A DNA stretch of 64,000 nt from an uncultured Gemmatimonadales bacterium. Lineage in GTDB: Bacteria > Gemmatimonadota > Gemmatimonadetes > Gemmatimonadales > Gemmatimonadaceae. A program made the position numbers and the translations under genes. How positions within the stretch are numbered: position 1 is the stretch's first letter; each line of letters begins with the position of its first letter. Positions 1-11,416 of the stretch are shown here, one piece after another. The stretch spans positions 1,504,001 through 1,568,000 of the forward strand of contig CAWBZV010000005.1 of NCBI GenBank assembly GCA_963793305.1, in the 5' to 3' direction. A model generated the notes under the pieces. It was given only the letters and a program-made list of their open reading frames with translations, was not told the DNA's origin and ran no database searches.

Positions 1-20
1 GGCGCGCTCGCCGAGCGTCA

Positions 21-245
21 CTAGTCACGCGAGGCGCTTTTCTCGATCGCGGACCAATACTGATCGGTGAACACGGTCTTCTCTTTGTTGTGGCGTTCGA
101 CTTCGGCCGTAAAGCGCGCCCGGGCGGCGGCGAGGGCGTCCTCGAACGGCCGTACTTCGGGCGCACCGAGAAGCTCGAGGTGCGGCGGCGGAGGCAGTGT
201 CATACCGGTCTCTAGAGCAAAAACCGTGTCAGCGGACCCGGCCAT
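21..245 (-). CDS. small hypothetical protein (74 aa)
   Basis: ATG-initiated ORF filling the space divergent from the permease; no recognisable motif. Confidence 0.3.
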   Translation of the reverse strand: MAGSADTVFALETGMTLPPPPHLELLGAPEVRPFEDALAAARARFTAEVERHNKEKTVFTDQYWSAIEKSASRD

Positions 246-348
246 AACACTGATCGCATAAACTATTTTGCTAGAACGCTTTAGGCCTATGTAGAGTTAA
301 CGTCACCGTGTGGCCGAACCACAACAAATTGACGTAGGAGCCCCGCGC

Positions 349-2721
349 ATGTGGCAGGACCTCCGTTTCGCCCTTCGCCAGTGTCGCCGCTCTCCCGGCT
401 ACGCCGCCACGACCGCGCTGACACTCGCCCTTGGGATCGGCGCCACCACCGCGATCTTCACCGTCGTCAACGGCGTGCTGCTCCGCGCACTCCCGTATCC
501 GGAGCCCGACCGCGTCGTGCAGGTCTGGCAGCTCGATCAGAAGCAGCACCCAATGCAGTTCTCCGACCCGAATTTCGACGACGTACGAGCGGCATCACAT
601 GGTTTTACCGCGCTGGCGGAATTCGCCTACAATGCCACCGTCTCCATCTCGGGTGACATCACGCCGACGCGAGGCGCCATGACCGAGGTGTCGCCGGATT
701 TCTTCGATGCGATGGGAGTCCGGCCATTGCTCGGGAGCGCGCAACAACCGCATGACGCCGCCGGCGTCGTCGTGAGCTGGGGATTCTGGCAGCGAGTCTT
801 GGGTGGCAGTCCGAATGCACTCGGCAAAGCCCTCCGCGTCGGCGGCACCAGCTACACGATCGTGGGGGTCATGCGCCCGGAGCTCGAATTTCCGGCGGGT
901 ACTGATCTTTGGGGATGGCGCGACCCCTCCGATCACAGCTCGGCGCGCACTGGCCACAATTGGGAGGTCGTCGGACGCCTGCGCGCCGGCGTGACACTCG
1001 ACGCGGTACGACGAGAGGCCACCGGCATCGCGCGCGATCTGGCGCAGCGCTACGGCACCGATACCTGGATGGCCGACGTCAGCATCGTGCCGCTTCGGGA
1101 GCAACTGGTCGGCGGCACACGCCCGGCGTTGCTCGTCCTGCTCGCCGCGTCGCTCGTCCTGCTCGGCATCGCCTGCACGAACGCCGCCAACCTCGTGGTC
1201 GCCCGGCTCACGGCCCGCCGCGGCGAGCTCGCCATTCGCCTCGCGCTGGGCGCGTCGCGTGGCCGCCTCATTCGGCAGTGCCTGGCCGAATCCTTGTTGA
1301 TCGCGCTCACCGGCGGAGTATTTGGGTTTGTGCTCGCGGTCGGCGGGACGATTGCACTCAAGGCAGTCGATCCCGGTCGCCTGCCGCGCGCCGGCGACAT
1401 CCAGCTCGATGCGCCGGTCTTCGCGTTCGCGCTGGCTGTGTCGATGCTGACGGCTGTCGTGCTCGCGCTCCTGAGCGCCTGGCGAGCCACCCGCGGCGAT
1501 GTGCGCGAAACCCTCTCGGCGTCCGAGCGCGCGATGTCCGGCGCCGGATCATCGACGAGCACCCGACGGGCCCTCGTCGTCGCGCAGGTGGCGATGACGA
1601 TCGTCCTGCTCGTCTCGGCCGGCCTCCTCGCCCGGAGCTTCGTGCGACTGCTCGCAGTCGATCCGGGGTTCCGCACCGACCGCGCGACCGTGCTCGATAT
1701 CGCGATCCAGACCAGCGACTCCGTAGCGCGCGACGCGCGCACGGCATTTTACCACGAGTTGCTCGCCCGCCTGGCCGCGACGCCGGGCGTCAACACGGTG
1801 GGCGCCGTCAACGTCATGCCCCTGGCTCCGGTCGGCAAGTCGAACGGCATGTTCGTAGAGCTCGCGTCGCCCGCCGATACGGTCTCTCCCAAGAGTCGCG
1901 ACGATCCTCGCGTGGGCTACGCCGATTTCCGAGTGGCGAGCGGTGGCTACTTCGCGGCCATGGGTATCCCGCTGCTCGACGGTCGCGTGTTCGACGAGCG
2001 CGACACCCCGAACGCGCCGGAAGTCGCTCTTATCAGCAGATCCCTCGCTACGCGGCGTTGGCCAGGCCACAATCCGATTGGGAAATGGATCGAATTCGGC
2101 GGCATGGATGGCGACATGCGGCCGCTCAGGATCGTCGGCGTGGTCGGCGACGTGCACGAGGATGCGTTGAGCGCGGCTCCCCGGCCGGTCCTCTACGCCA
2201 ACTACCGGCAACGCCCCATGGCCGCGGGGCGCATGAACGTCGTAATCACGGGTCAGATCGATCCGTTGACCGCCACCTCGATCGTGCGCGCCTTGCGCCC
2301 GGATGCTCCGCCGCGCGTCCGCACGATGCGATCGATCGTTGCCGCCTCAGTCGGTGACCAACGGTTCGTGCTCTTTCTGGTCGGCGTGTTCGGCGCCGCG
2401 GCCCTGATCTTGGCCGCGCTCGGCGTGTACAGCGTCATCTCGTATCTCGTCGCGCAGCGCGAGCGCGAGTTGATCATTCGCGTGGCCTTGGGCGCGCGCG
2501 CCGCGGATATCCTCGGGCTGGTCCTCCGACAAGGCGCGGTCCTCGCTGTGGCCGGCATCCTCATCGGGTCGCTCGTCGCGCTCGCCGGCACGCGGCTCCT
2601 CGCGAGCTTGCTCTTCGGCGTCAGCTCGACGGATCCGATCGCGTTCGTGGGGGTCGCCCTCATCGTCGCTCTCGTGGCGCTCGTCGCGTGCTGGTTCCCC
2701 GCGCGTCGCGCGTCACGCATC
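349..2721 (+). CDS. ADOP-family (MacB/FtsX duplicated) ABC permease; no stop codon, runs in frame into the acylase
   Basis: AGGAG at 336-340 then ATG 349; MWQDLRFALRQ, LALGIGATTAIF, ELAIRLALGA, GYFAAMGIPLLDGRVF, WFPARRASR. Confidence 0.9.
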
Positions 2722-4723
2722 GCCCTCGTCGCGCTCGTCGCCTTCGGCGCTCGTGCCCACGCCCAGTCGGTGACGATTTACCGCGATACGTACGGGGTCC
2801 CGCACGTGTTCGGTCAGACCGACGCCAGCACGGTATTCGGGTTCGCGTACGCGCAGGCCGAAGACAATTTCCCCAGGATCGAAGCGAACTATATGCTCGC
2901 CCTCGGCCGCGGGGCCGCCATGTACGGCGACTCGAGCGCGGAGGAAGACCGACTCACGCTCGCGCTGGATATTCCGCGGCTCGCGGTCGCCGAGTATGGC
3001 CGGCTCGATGCCCACACCCGCGCCCTCTGCGACGGATTTGCGGCCGGCCTCAATTTCTATCTACGAGATCATCACGCGCGGTACCTCTCGCATATCGAAC
3101 CGTGGTACCCGCTCGCGTTTATTCGCTACAACTACTACGTCCTCGGTTTTGTGAGAGACCCGAAGATCGGCGTCCCATTCCCGGTCGGCCGCGGCTACTT
3201 CGACAAATTCACGACGCCGTCGAACGGCTCGAACGGCTGGGTCATTGGCCCGTCGAAGAGCGCCACGGGCCACGCGATGCTCTTCATCAACCCGCACCTC
3301 CCATTCTTCGGCCCGGGCCAGGTCTACGAGGGCCATGTCCATAGCGATGAGGGTTGGGAGTTCACCGGGTACACGCGCTTCGGATTCCCACTCCCATACG
3401 TGGGCCACAACGCCTACCTCGGCTGGGTCAGCACCGACAACTCCGCCGACGTGGCCAATGGATACGTCGAGACGTTCGATGACCCATCACACCCACTCGC
3501 CTATCGCTACGGGAACGGCTATCGCACCGCCACGGAACGGTTCGAGGACATCGGGGGACATTGCGCGCGGTTCGTGACGACGCACCACGGGCCGATCGTC
3601 GCGTCGTACAACGGGAAACCCGTTGCCGCGCGCATGGCGCGACTCGCCGACGATGGGTGGCTCACCGAGTGGTACGGGATGACGAAGGCCCGCACGTTCG
3701 CCCAATTCAAGGCGGCCCTCCACCCGCTCGCCATGCTGTTCGGCAACGTGATGTACGCCGATCGCGATGGCAACACGTTCTATCTCTACAACGCCGCGGT
3801 CCCGCGACGCGATCCCAAGTTCGATTGGACCAAGCCGGTCGACGGAAGCGATCCGGCGACCGAGTGGAACGGGTACTACCCGATGGATTCGCTGCCGCAG
3901 CTCACGAATCCGGCGACGGGCTGGATGGAAAACTGCAACTCGTCGCCGTTTCTGCTGACCAGCGCCGGCAACCCGGACCCCGCGGCGTTCCCCATGCCGA
4001 TGGTGAAAGAAGGCATGAGAGAAAACCCGCGGGCGCGAGCCTCGCGGCGCATTCTCACGTCGACGCCACAATTCACGTTCGACCAATGGAAGGCCGCGGC
4101 GTTCGACACCCACGTGATCTCCGCCGATAGTCTGATCCCACTGTTGCTGGCCCAAGTACACGACAGCGGCACGAGCCTGCTCGCCAACTGGGATCGGCGA
4201 GCGACGGTCTCGTCGATCGCGATGACCGTGTATAGCATTCTGGCATCACCAGCTCGAGGATCACGACTACGCGACCGCGCTTCGCATCGCCATGGACAGC
4301 GCGGTCCCCTGGGGCGACCGCAATCGCCTCCAACGGGTCGACGACCACGCCACCCCCATGCTCGACCTCCCGGCGTTCAGCGACGCAGCGCCGAGCATCC
4401 CCGTCCCGGGTGTGGACGGGTACGATGGCGCGGTGTTTACGGTCTATACGACAAATGTCGCCGGCCAGCACCGGAAGTATGGGGTGCACGGTGGGACCTA
4501 TGTGAGCGTCGTCGAGTTCGGCCCGACCACGCATGCCCTTTCCGTACACACTTTTGGCTCAAGTGGCGACCCCAGCAGTTCGCACTATATCGACCAGGCT
4601 CGGATGTATGCGAAAGGCGAGATGAAGCCCACGTGGTGGACGTTGGAAGAGGTTCGCGCCCACGCCGTGACCAAAGTCGTGCTTGCCACAACGCCCAATC
4701 CGCGCATCGTTCAGGGATCTTAA
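2716..4723 (+). CDS. penicillin acylase family Ntn-hydrolase (in-frame with upstream permease; +1 frameshift near 4234)
   Basis: Signal-like RIALVALVAFGARAHA-Q, IYRDTYGVPHVFG, GFAYAQAED, nucleophile SNGW, NPH; C-terminus continues in the 4292..4723 frame (VPWGDRNRLQR, GGTYVSVVEFG, HYIDQA). Confidence 0.88.
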
Positions 4724-4734
4724 AAGGAGATTTC

Positions 4735-5328
4735 ATGGCGTCGGACCTGTTGCAGCACATGTATGGTCGGGCTAGGTGGACACTCCTGTTGCGCGGGTTG
4801 CTCGCCCTCGCCGTCGGGATTCTCATCATTGCCCGACCGATGGACTCGGTGGCCGCGTTCGCGCTCCTTATCGCGTTCTGGGCGATCTTCATCGGCACCA
4901 GCCAGATCGTCGAATCGATCGAAGCGCGCGCCGTCCTCCCGCACTGGTGGCTGCTGCTCCTGAGCGGAGTCATCAGCCTCGTGTTCGGCATCGCGGCGCT
5001 GTACTACTATCCGGGGCTGTCGCTCACCTTCGCGGTCATCTGGACCTCCTACTGGTTGCTGCTGACGGGCGCAATAGGGATCTACGCGTCCATCATGGAG
5101 CGCCGCATGAACGCGCCCTGGGGCTGGACGCTCGTCTTCGGGATCATCGCCGTCGTCGCCGGGGTCTACGCGATCATGGTGCCGCCCGCCACGTTGGCCG
5201 CGATCATGGGGCTGATCGCCGGGTTCGCGATCGTCTGGGGCATTGCGCTCCTCGCCGCGTTCTTCTGGCTTGGCTCCGCCAAAGCCAAGGTCACATTGGA
5301 CGTTGGTGGCACGGCCGCGCGCGCGTGA
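4735..5328 (+). CDS. HdeD/DUF308-family membrane protein
   Basis: AAGGAG then ATG 4735; LLRGLLALAVGILII, about 6 TM segments in two DUF308-like repeats. Confidence 0.85.
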   Translation: MASDLLQHMYGRARWTLLLRGLLALAVGILIIARPMDSVAAFALLIAFWAIFIGTSQIVESIEARAVLPHWWLLLLSGVISLVFGIAALYYYPGLSLTFAVIWTSYWLLLTGAIGIYASIMERRMNAPWGWTLVFGIIAVVAGVYAIMVPPATLAAIMGLIAGFAIVWGIALLAAFFWLGSAKAKVTLDVGGTAARA

Positions 5329-5358
5329 TACCGCGTCGGGTCGAGTAGCTTTCTTGGC

Positions 5359-5838
5359 ATGACGCCAAGAGAGCACAGTTACTCGACGGTCGTAAAATGG
5401 ACGGGGAACACAGGGACGGGGACCTCGAGCTACCGCGCCTATTCGCGGCAGCACGAGGTCTCTGCTCCCGGCCAACCGAAGCCGCCGATCCCGGGGTCAT
5501 CCGACCCGGGTTTCCGTGGCGATGCCACGCACTGGAACCCCGAAGAGCTTCTCGTGGCGTCCATCAGTGCGTGCCACCAACTCTGGTACCTGCATCTCTG
5601 CGCCGACGCAGGACTCGTGATCACGAGCTACGTCGATCGCGCCGAGGGCGTGATGATCGAAGAGGCCGACGGTGGTGGTCGCTTTCGTCGCGTCGTGCTG
5701 CGCCCGGCCGTCACGTTCGCGCCGGGCGCGGATCTCGACCGGGCGCGGGAGCTCCATCACGAAGCGCATCGCCTGTGCTTCATCGCGAACTCGGTGAACT
5801 TTCCAGTCGAGCATGAGCCCGAGTTACGCTCGGCTTGA
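5359..5838 (+). CDS. OsmC/Ohr-family protein
   Basis: WNPEELLVASISACHQLWYL and AHRLCFIANSV (two conserved Cys). Confidence 0.9.
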   Translation: MTPREHSYSTVVKWTGNTGTGTSSYRAYSRQHEVSAPGQPKPPIPGSSDPGFRGDATHWNPEELLVASISACHQLWYLHLCADAGLVITSYVDRAEGVMIEEADGGGRFRRVVLRPAVTFAPGADLDRARELHHEAHRLCFIANSVNFPVEHEPELRSA

Positions 5839-5938
5839 TCTCGAGCTTTCCAGTCGAGCATGAGCCCGAGCTACGTTCGGCTTGATCTTGAGCTTTCCAG
5901 TAAAGCATGAGCCAGAGCCAGAGCTACGTTCGGCTTGA
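5799..5938 (+). repeat. 47-bp tandem repeat, three copies
   Basis: Unit ctttccagtcgagcatgagcccgagYtacgYtcggcttgatctYgag starts at 5799, 5846 and 5893; the third copy has a 6-bp internal duplication. Confidence 0.95.
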
Positions 5939-6791
5939 CCATCAGTACCAGGGATTCCCGAGCGGCATCGCGTCGTACCTGCTTCCCGATGGCGGCCCGG
6001 ATGGCACCTCAGACGCCACCCTGGTGGAAGCCGGCCCGGCAAGCACGACGCCCGCGCTGTTATCGGGAATCCGGTCCGCCGGCTACGACCCGCTCCGCAT
6101 CACGCGGCTGCTCGTCACGCACATCCACCTGGATCACGCGGGCGCGGCGGGCGTTCTGCTCACGCGCCATCTCCCCAACGCCAAAGTCTTTGTGCACCCG
6201 AAGGGTGCCAAGCATTTAATCGACCCGTCCAAGCTGATCGCCAGCGCCGAGCGCTTGTACGGCTCACGAATGCAAGAGTTGTGGGGCGAGATCCTGCCGG
6301 TGCCCGAAGACCGCGTGGTCATTGTACAGGATGACGAGACAGTCGGCTCGCTGCGCGCTATCGATACGCCGGGTCATGCCGTGCACCATCACGCGTACTA
6401 CGACGCATCGAGCGGGGTCGTGTTCACTGGCGACGTCGCGGGTGTTCGCATGCCGAACTCGCGCTACGTTCGCCCACCCACGCCGCCGCCAGAGCTAGAC
6501 CTCGATGCCTGGGCAACGAGCGTCGCCCGCCTGCGAGCGCTCGAGCCGCGTCGCCTGTGCCTCACGCACTTCGGCGAATTCGACGACGTCTCATGGCATC
6601 TCGACGACCTGATGTCTCGCCTCGATCGCTGGCGCGACTGGCTGAGCGCCGATCTCAGCGTCGAGACGCTCCGGCAGCGAGAGGCGGGCCTGCTCACCCG
6701 CGAGCTGGCCGCGAGCTTCGAGCGAGTCGGGAACTACACGATGTGCGTCGAGGGATTCGCGCGGTACTTCGCGAAGCGCGCCGCGGCGTAA
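5907..6791 (+). CDS. MBL-fold metallo-hydrolase
   Basis: THIHLDHAG, TPGHAVHH, FTGD, LTHFG. Confidence 0.9.
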   Translation: MSQSQSYVRLDHQYQGFPSGIASYLLPDGGPDGTSDATLVEAGPASTTPALLSGIRSAGYDPLRITRLLVTHIHLDHAGAAGVLLTRHLPNAKVFVHPKGAKHLIDPSKLIASAERLYGSRMQELWGEILPVPEDRVVIVQDDETVGSLRAIDTPGHAVHHHAYYDASSGVVFTGDVAGVRMPNSRYVRPPTPPPELDLDAWATSVARLRALEPRRLCLTHFGEFDDVSWHLDDLMSRLDRWRDWLSADLSVETLRQREAGLLTRELAASFERVGNYTMCVEGFARYFAKRAAA

Positions 6792-7021
6792 CGGCGCATC
6801 CGATACCACGCGCTGGCGCTGTTCGCGGCGCCGAGGGTTGTGATCCCCATCACAACGAAAAAAAACGAGTGCGTGCTGGCCTGACCAAGCCAGATCCAGA
6901 CGACAACGGTGCACACCACGAGGGTAGCCCACCGCGCGCTGCGGCGGCTCGCCGCCTCGGTCGCGTTGTCATGAATAAGAATCGCCGCCGTCGTGCGTCG
7001 CGAAGGTCTCGAATTCTGCAT
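6734..7021 (-). CDS. small membrane protein, hypothetical
   Basis: Two hydrophobic segments; 3' end overlaps the convergent hydrolase by 58 bp. Confidence 0.4.
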   Translation of the reverse strand: MQNSRPSRRTTAAILIHDNATEAASRRSARWATLVVCTVVVWIWLGQASTHSFFFVVMGITTLGAANSASAWYRMRRYAAARFAKYRANPSTHIV

Positions 7022-7079
7022 GGAGCCAACCTATGTGCGCTGGCTCACCAGGTGAGGCGCCCTGCGTCTATTCGTCACC

Positions 7080-8471
7080 ATGTGGACACTATATCTCGCT
7101 TTGATTATCGCCCTCGCGGCGTGCACTGATGTCCCACCGGGCCCACCACAATCCGGCTCGCTCAGCGGCACTATCTCGGGAACCAATATCGGCCCGTTGG
7201 CCGGTGTGACCGTCACGGCAACGCCTCAGGTCGCAAACGCAGTCGTCGCGGATAGCACGACGACCTCCAACACTGGCGCGTACTCGTTGACCGAGCTTCC
7301 GATCGGCGGCGGCGTGATCGCGCTCTCCGGAATCCCGGCCGCCTGCCAGCCGTCCGCGGCCGTGAGCTATTCGGTCGCGTCCAACGCGAACACGGTCGTC
7401 AACATTCAGCTGAGCTGCGCCCAAGTCCCGCAAGTCGGCACCATTGTCGGCACCGTCACAAGCTCACTCGGCGGCGGCATCGCCAACGCCCAAGTGACCG
7501 TGACGCCAACAGGCGGTTCCATGCTACCAGCGGCGACCACGGACGTGAATGGGAACTACGCGGTCACCGGTGTCGCGGTCGGCGGCGGCTCCGTCGCGAT
7601 AGCGGGAGTGCCCGCGAACTGCACGGCTCCGGCGCCGCAACCGTACGCCAATCTGACGACCGGGGGCTCGGTGACCGTGAACGTGACGGTCGCCTGCACG
7701 CCAATCAACGCGGCCGAAGGGTATCTCCTCTACAATGGAACCACGAGCTACGCCGAGATCCCGAGCGCTCCCCAACTCAGCGTCGGCGCCAACGGTCTGA
7801 CCGTGGCGGTCTGGATGCGCCCGGACGTGCTCAGTTTCCCCAAGACCTCGGGCTCTTCGTCGATCGAGCAATACGTGCACTGGCTCGGCAAAGGTCAGGT
7901 CTCGGGAGCGGGCGGCGACCAGGAGTGGACGTTCCGGATGTACAGCCAGGTGCCGGGCGACGACCGCGGCAACCGGATCAGCTTCTACGTGTTCAACCCC
8001 GATGGCCAGAAGGGCTGCGGCAGCTACTTCCAGGATCCGATTACGCCGGGCCAATGGATCTTCGTGGTCGGCGTGATCAACACGGACTCCCAGACGACGG
8101 AGATCTACAAGAACGGCGTGTTCCGACACAGCGACCCATACGTCGGGGGAACGGTCACCATCACGCCGGCCCCTGGTTCCGCCCCAATGCGCTTCGGGTC
8201 GAAGGATTTCACCAACTACTTCGAGGGCGCGATCGGCCCGGTCCGGATCTGGGACCGCGCACTCTCGGCGAGCGAGATCGCCGCGCTGTATTCGTCGAAC
8301 ACCGTACCCTCCGACGTCGTCGCCTCGTACGCGCTGACCGAAGGGCAGGGTACGACGATCGTCGACAGCGTCGCCGCCAACAATGGGACGCTGTTCAACA
8401 CGACGTGGGGTCAAGGTCCGCGGCAGCCGGTATCAACGGCCACCGCAACCCAGAGCGGAGGCGGCTGTTAG
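7080..8471 (+). CDS. lipoprotein with two carboxypeptidase-regulatory-like repeats and a C-terminal LamG-like domain
   Basis: Lipobox LAAC; two ~90-aa G/T/V-rich repeats each with a Cys pair; TVAVWMRP, WIFVVGV, IYKNG, FEGAIGPVRIWDRALSASEI. Confidence 0.8.
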   Translation: MWTLYLALIIALAACTDVPPGPPQSGSLSGTISGTNIGPLAGVTVTATPQVANAVVADSTTTSNTGAYSLTELPIGGGVIALSGIPAACQPSAAVSYSVASNANTVVNIQLSCAQVPQVGTIVGTVTSSLGGGIANAQVTVTPTGGSMLPAATTDVNGNYAVTGVAVGGGSVAIAGVPANCTAPAPQPYANLTTGGSVTVNVTVACTPINAAEGYLLYNGTTSYAEIPSAPQLSVGANGLTVAVWMRPDVLSFPKTSGSSSIEQYVHWLGKGQVSGAGGDQEWTFRMYSQVPGDDRGNRISFYVFNPDGQKGCGSYFQDPITPGQWIFVVGVINTDSQTTEIYKNGVFRHSDPYVGGTVTITPAPGSAPMRFGSKDFTNYFEGAIGPVRIWDRALSASEIAALYSSNTVPSDVVASYALTEGQGTTIVDSVAANNGTLFNTTWGQGPRQPVSTATATQSGGGC

Positions 8472-8480
8472 CGTGATGCC

Positions 8481-8509
8481 TTGACATTCGACAATACGTT
8501 GTCGAGTAT
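8481..8509 (+). promoter_or_regulatory. candidate padR promoter with palindromic operator
   Basis: TTGACA at 8481-8486, followed by inverted repeat TCGACAA-tacg-TTGTCGA at 8488-8505. Confidence 0.65.
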
Positions 8510-8515
8510 CTAGGC

Positions 8516-8833
8516 ATGGATCTGCTCCAGGGAACCTTGGACCTCCTGGTCCTCAAAACGCTGGTGCTCGGCCCGCTGCACGGTTGGGGCATCTCGAAGC
8601 GCCTGCGCCAGCTGTCCGACGAGGCGCTGGCGGTCGGCCAGGGCAGCCTCTATCCCGCGCTGTATCGGCTAGAAGAACGAGGCTGGATCGCGGCCGAGTG
8701 GCGCCACAGTCCCGAGGGGCGCCGGGCGAAGTTTTATAGCCTGACACCGGCCGGTCGAAAGCAGTTCGCCGCCGAGCGCACCCAGTGGCGCCTCTTCGCG
8801 TCGGCCGTCGAACAGGTGCTGGGCGCATCATGA
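8516..8833 (+). CDS. PadR-family regulator (ADOP-associated type)
   Basis: LLQGTLDLLVLKTL, HGWGI, GSLYPALYRLE, RRAKFYSLT; ATGA overlap with the permease. Confidence 0.93.
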   Translation: MDLLQGTLDLLVLKTLVLGPLHGWGISKRLRQLSDEALAVGQGSLYPALYRLEERGWIAAEWRHSPEGRRAKFYSLTPAGRKQFAAERTQWRLFASAVEQVLGAS

Positions 8834-11416
8834 GCCGCTGGCGCGCCTTTTTTCAGAAGCAGCGCCTCGACCGCGAAGTCGACGAAGAGATGCGCCTCCA
8901 CATCGAGATGGAGGCCGAGGAGCTTCGGTCGCGCGGACTCTCGCCGAAAACCGCCAAGCGCGAAGCGCTGGTGGCCTTCGGCGGCGTGGAGCGCTACAAG
9001 GAGGCCCACCGCGACGCCCGCGGTGTCCGCTGGCTCGAAGAATCATTGCACGACATACGCTACGCCGCCCGCGCGCTGATCAAAAGTCCGGCGTTCACGC
9101 TCTCGTCGGTTCTGGTTCTGGCGCTGGGGATCGGCGCAACGACGACGGTCTTCGGCGCGATCAACGCCGTGCTGTTGTCGCGGCTCCCATATCCCCACGA
9201 TGAGCAATTGGTCGAAGTCGACATGTGGAACGCGATGGCGAATACGTGGCACATGTCGGTCGTCGACTATCGCGCTCTCGAAGCGGGCCAACGAAGTTTC
9301 TCGGCGGTGGGCGCCGAGACACAGCACGACGTTGCGGTCCAAGTCGGTGGGACCGATGCCGTTCGCCAGACGTTGGGCTACGTCACCGCCGGCGTATTTC
9401 GCGCCCTCGACGTGCAGGCGGCGAAGGGAAGAGTCATCGAGCCGTCCGACGAGCGCGTGGGCGCGCCACCAGTCGCGGTCGTGAGCGACCACTTCGCCGC
9501 GCAAGCAGGACTCGGATCTTCGATCACCCTCGATGGCATCCCACACACCATCGTCGGCGTCTTGCCGCCAGGCGTCACCCGGCTGGGCCGTCTTTCCGGC
9601 GACATCTGGCCCGTGCTTCAGCTCAAGCCACCGACGCGGCGCGGCCCGTTCTTTCTGATCGGCATCGCGCGTCTGGCAAACGGCGTGACCCTCGATGCGG
9701 CAACACGCGACCTCGCTGGCGTCAGCCAGCGCCTCTTCCCGTTATGGGCGGCGAGCTTCCAAGATCGATCAGCGCGCGTCGCTCCGTCGCCGCTCCGCGA
9801 GCGCGTCCTCGGTGATGCGAGCAAGACGCTCGGCGTTTTCGGGGGCGCCGTCGCGCTGGTGCTGCTGGTCGCGGTCGCCAACGTCGCCAGCCTCGCGCTC
9901 GTCCGCGCCACGAATCGCGAGCGCGAGCTCACGGTCCGCGCGATGCTCGGCGGCACCCGCGCGCGCATCGCGCGCCTGCTGGTCACCGAGAGCCTGCTCA
10001 TGGCCGGAGCCGGCGCGGTCGCGGGACTGGTGGTGGGCGTGCTCGGCCTCCGCATCTTGATCGGCATCGGCCCGTACGTGCCACGACTCGCGCAAGCCAA
10101 GCCGGATGCCGCCATGCTGGGCTTTGCGATCCTCATCGCGATCGTCGTCGGGCTGATCGTCGGCACCGCGCCCGTCTTTGTCCTCTCGCGCAATCACGAC
10201 GCCGGCAGTCGCGTGGTCGGCGCTGCCCGAGGCGCACACGCGGCTCGGGCCGGGTTCGTCATCGCCCAATTCGCGCTGACGCTGCCGCTGCTCGCGGGGG
10301 CTGGCCTGCTCCTCAACAGCTTCGTGCGGTTGCTGCACGTGCAACCCGGGTTTGACCCTCGAGGTGTCGTAACCGTGCGCGTGTCCCTGCCGGTGGCGCG
10401 ATATGGCAACGATACCGTGGTGGCCGCATACTGGACCCGCGCGATGCCACTCGTGCGCGAGGTTCCCGGTGTCCTCGATGCGGGGTTGACCTCGGTCGTG
10501 CCGCCGCGCGAGGCCGACATCAACATGAACAACTTTGAGCTCATTGATCGAGCCGCCGTACCGTCGGGCGCGCAACCCGTGTCGCCATGGATCGCCGCGA
10601 CGTTCGGAATACTTTCGGACGCTCCGTGTCCCGCTCCTCGAAGGACGCCTCTTCACACCGGCCGACGACGCGTCAGTTCCGGATGTGATCGTCGTCAGTC
10701 GCGCGTGGGCCAATCGCTACTTTCCCGATGGTCGGGCCGTCGGTCAGAAATTGCGCGACGGCGGGTGCACGACGTGCACGCCGGCCACGATCATCGGTGT
10801 GGTTGGCGACATCAAGGTCCTCGGACTCGACGAGCCTGCCGATGCCATGTATGTCCCACCCCCGCAAGACTGGCCCCGGCAGATGAACGTCGTCGCGCGA
10901 ACCGCCGGGCCACCGGCCGAGGCAGTGCACCGTATTGTCGCGGCGCTCCGCTCGATCGACGCGGGCGTGCCGCTCGACCAGGCGACGGCGCTCGAGGATC
11001 GGGTCTACGAGTCGGTCGCGGAACCACGGCATTGGACGATCCTCCTCGGCGGATTCGCCGGGGTCGCGCTCATCCTTGCCGCCGTCGGCGTATTCGGCCT
11101 CCTCTCGTACAACGTCAGTACCCGCCGCCGCGAGATCGGCGTGCGCATGGCCCTCGGCGCGCGCGCCAGCGCCGTCACGAACATGTTCGTCTGGCGCGGC
11201 ATGGGACACGCGCTCATCGGCACCGGCATTGGTCTGGCGCTCACGGTGTGGTCGACGCGAGCGCTCGCCAGCGCCTTGTTCGACGTCAGAGCCACCGACC
11301 CACTCACACTCGCCACGGTCACGCTGGTCTTGCTCGTGGTCGCGTTGACCGCGTCATGGCTCCCGGCCCGCCGCGCGGCGGCGGTCGCTCCCGTTACGGC
11401 CTTGCGACTCGACTAG
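8830..11416 (+). CDS. ADOP-family ABC permease (+1 frameshift near 10603)
   Basis: Permease-prefix domain LDREVDEEMRLHIEME..FGGVERYKE; continues in the 10535..11416 frame (EYFRTLRVPL, REIGVRMALGA, WLPARRAA..ALRLD). Confidence 0.9.

Noticed and set aside
310..5328. 1672-aa triple fusion permease-acylase-HdeD
   Set aside because: The link to HdeD is read-through of a wrong frame after the +1 error at ~4234; HdeD has its own AAGGAG and ATG at 4735
5799..5938. CRISPR array
   Set aside because: Units are contiguous with no unique spacers, and there are no cas genes in the window
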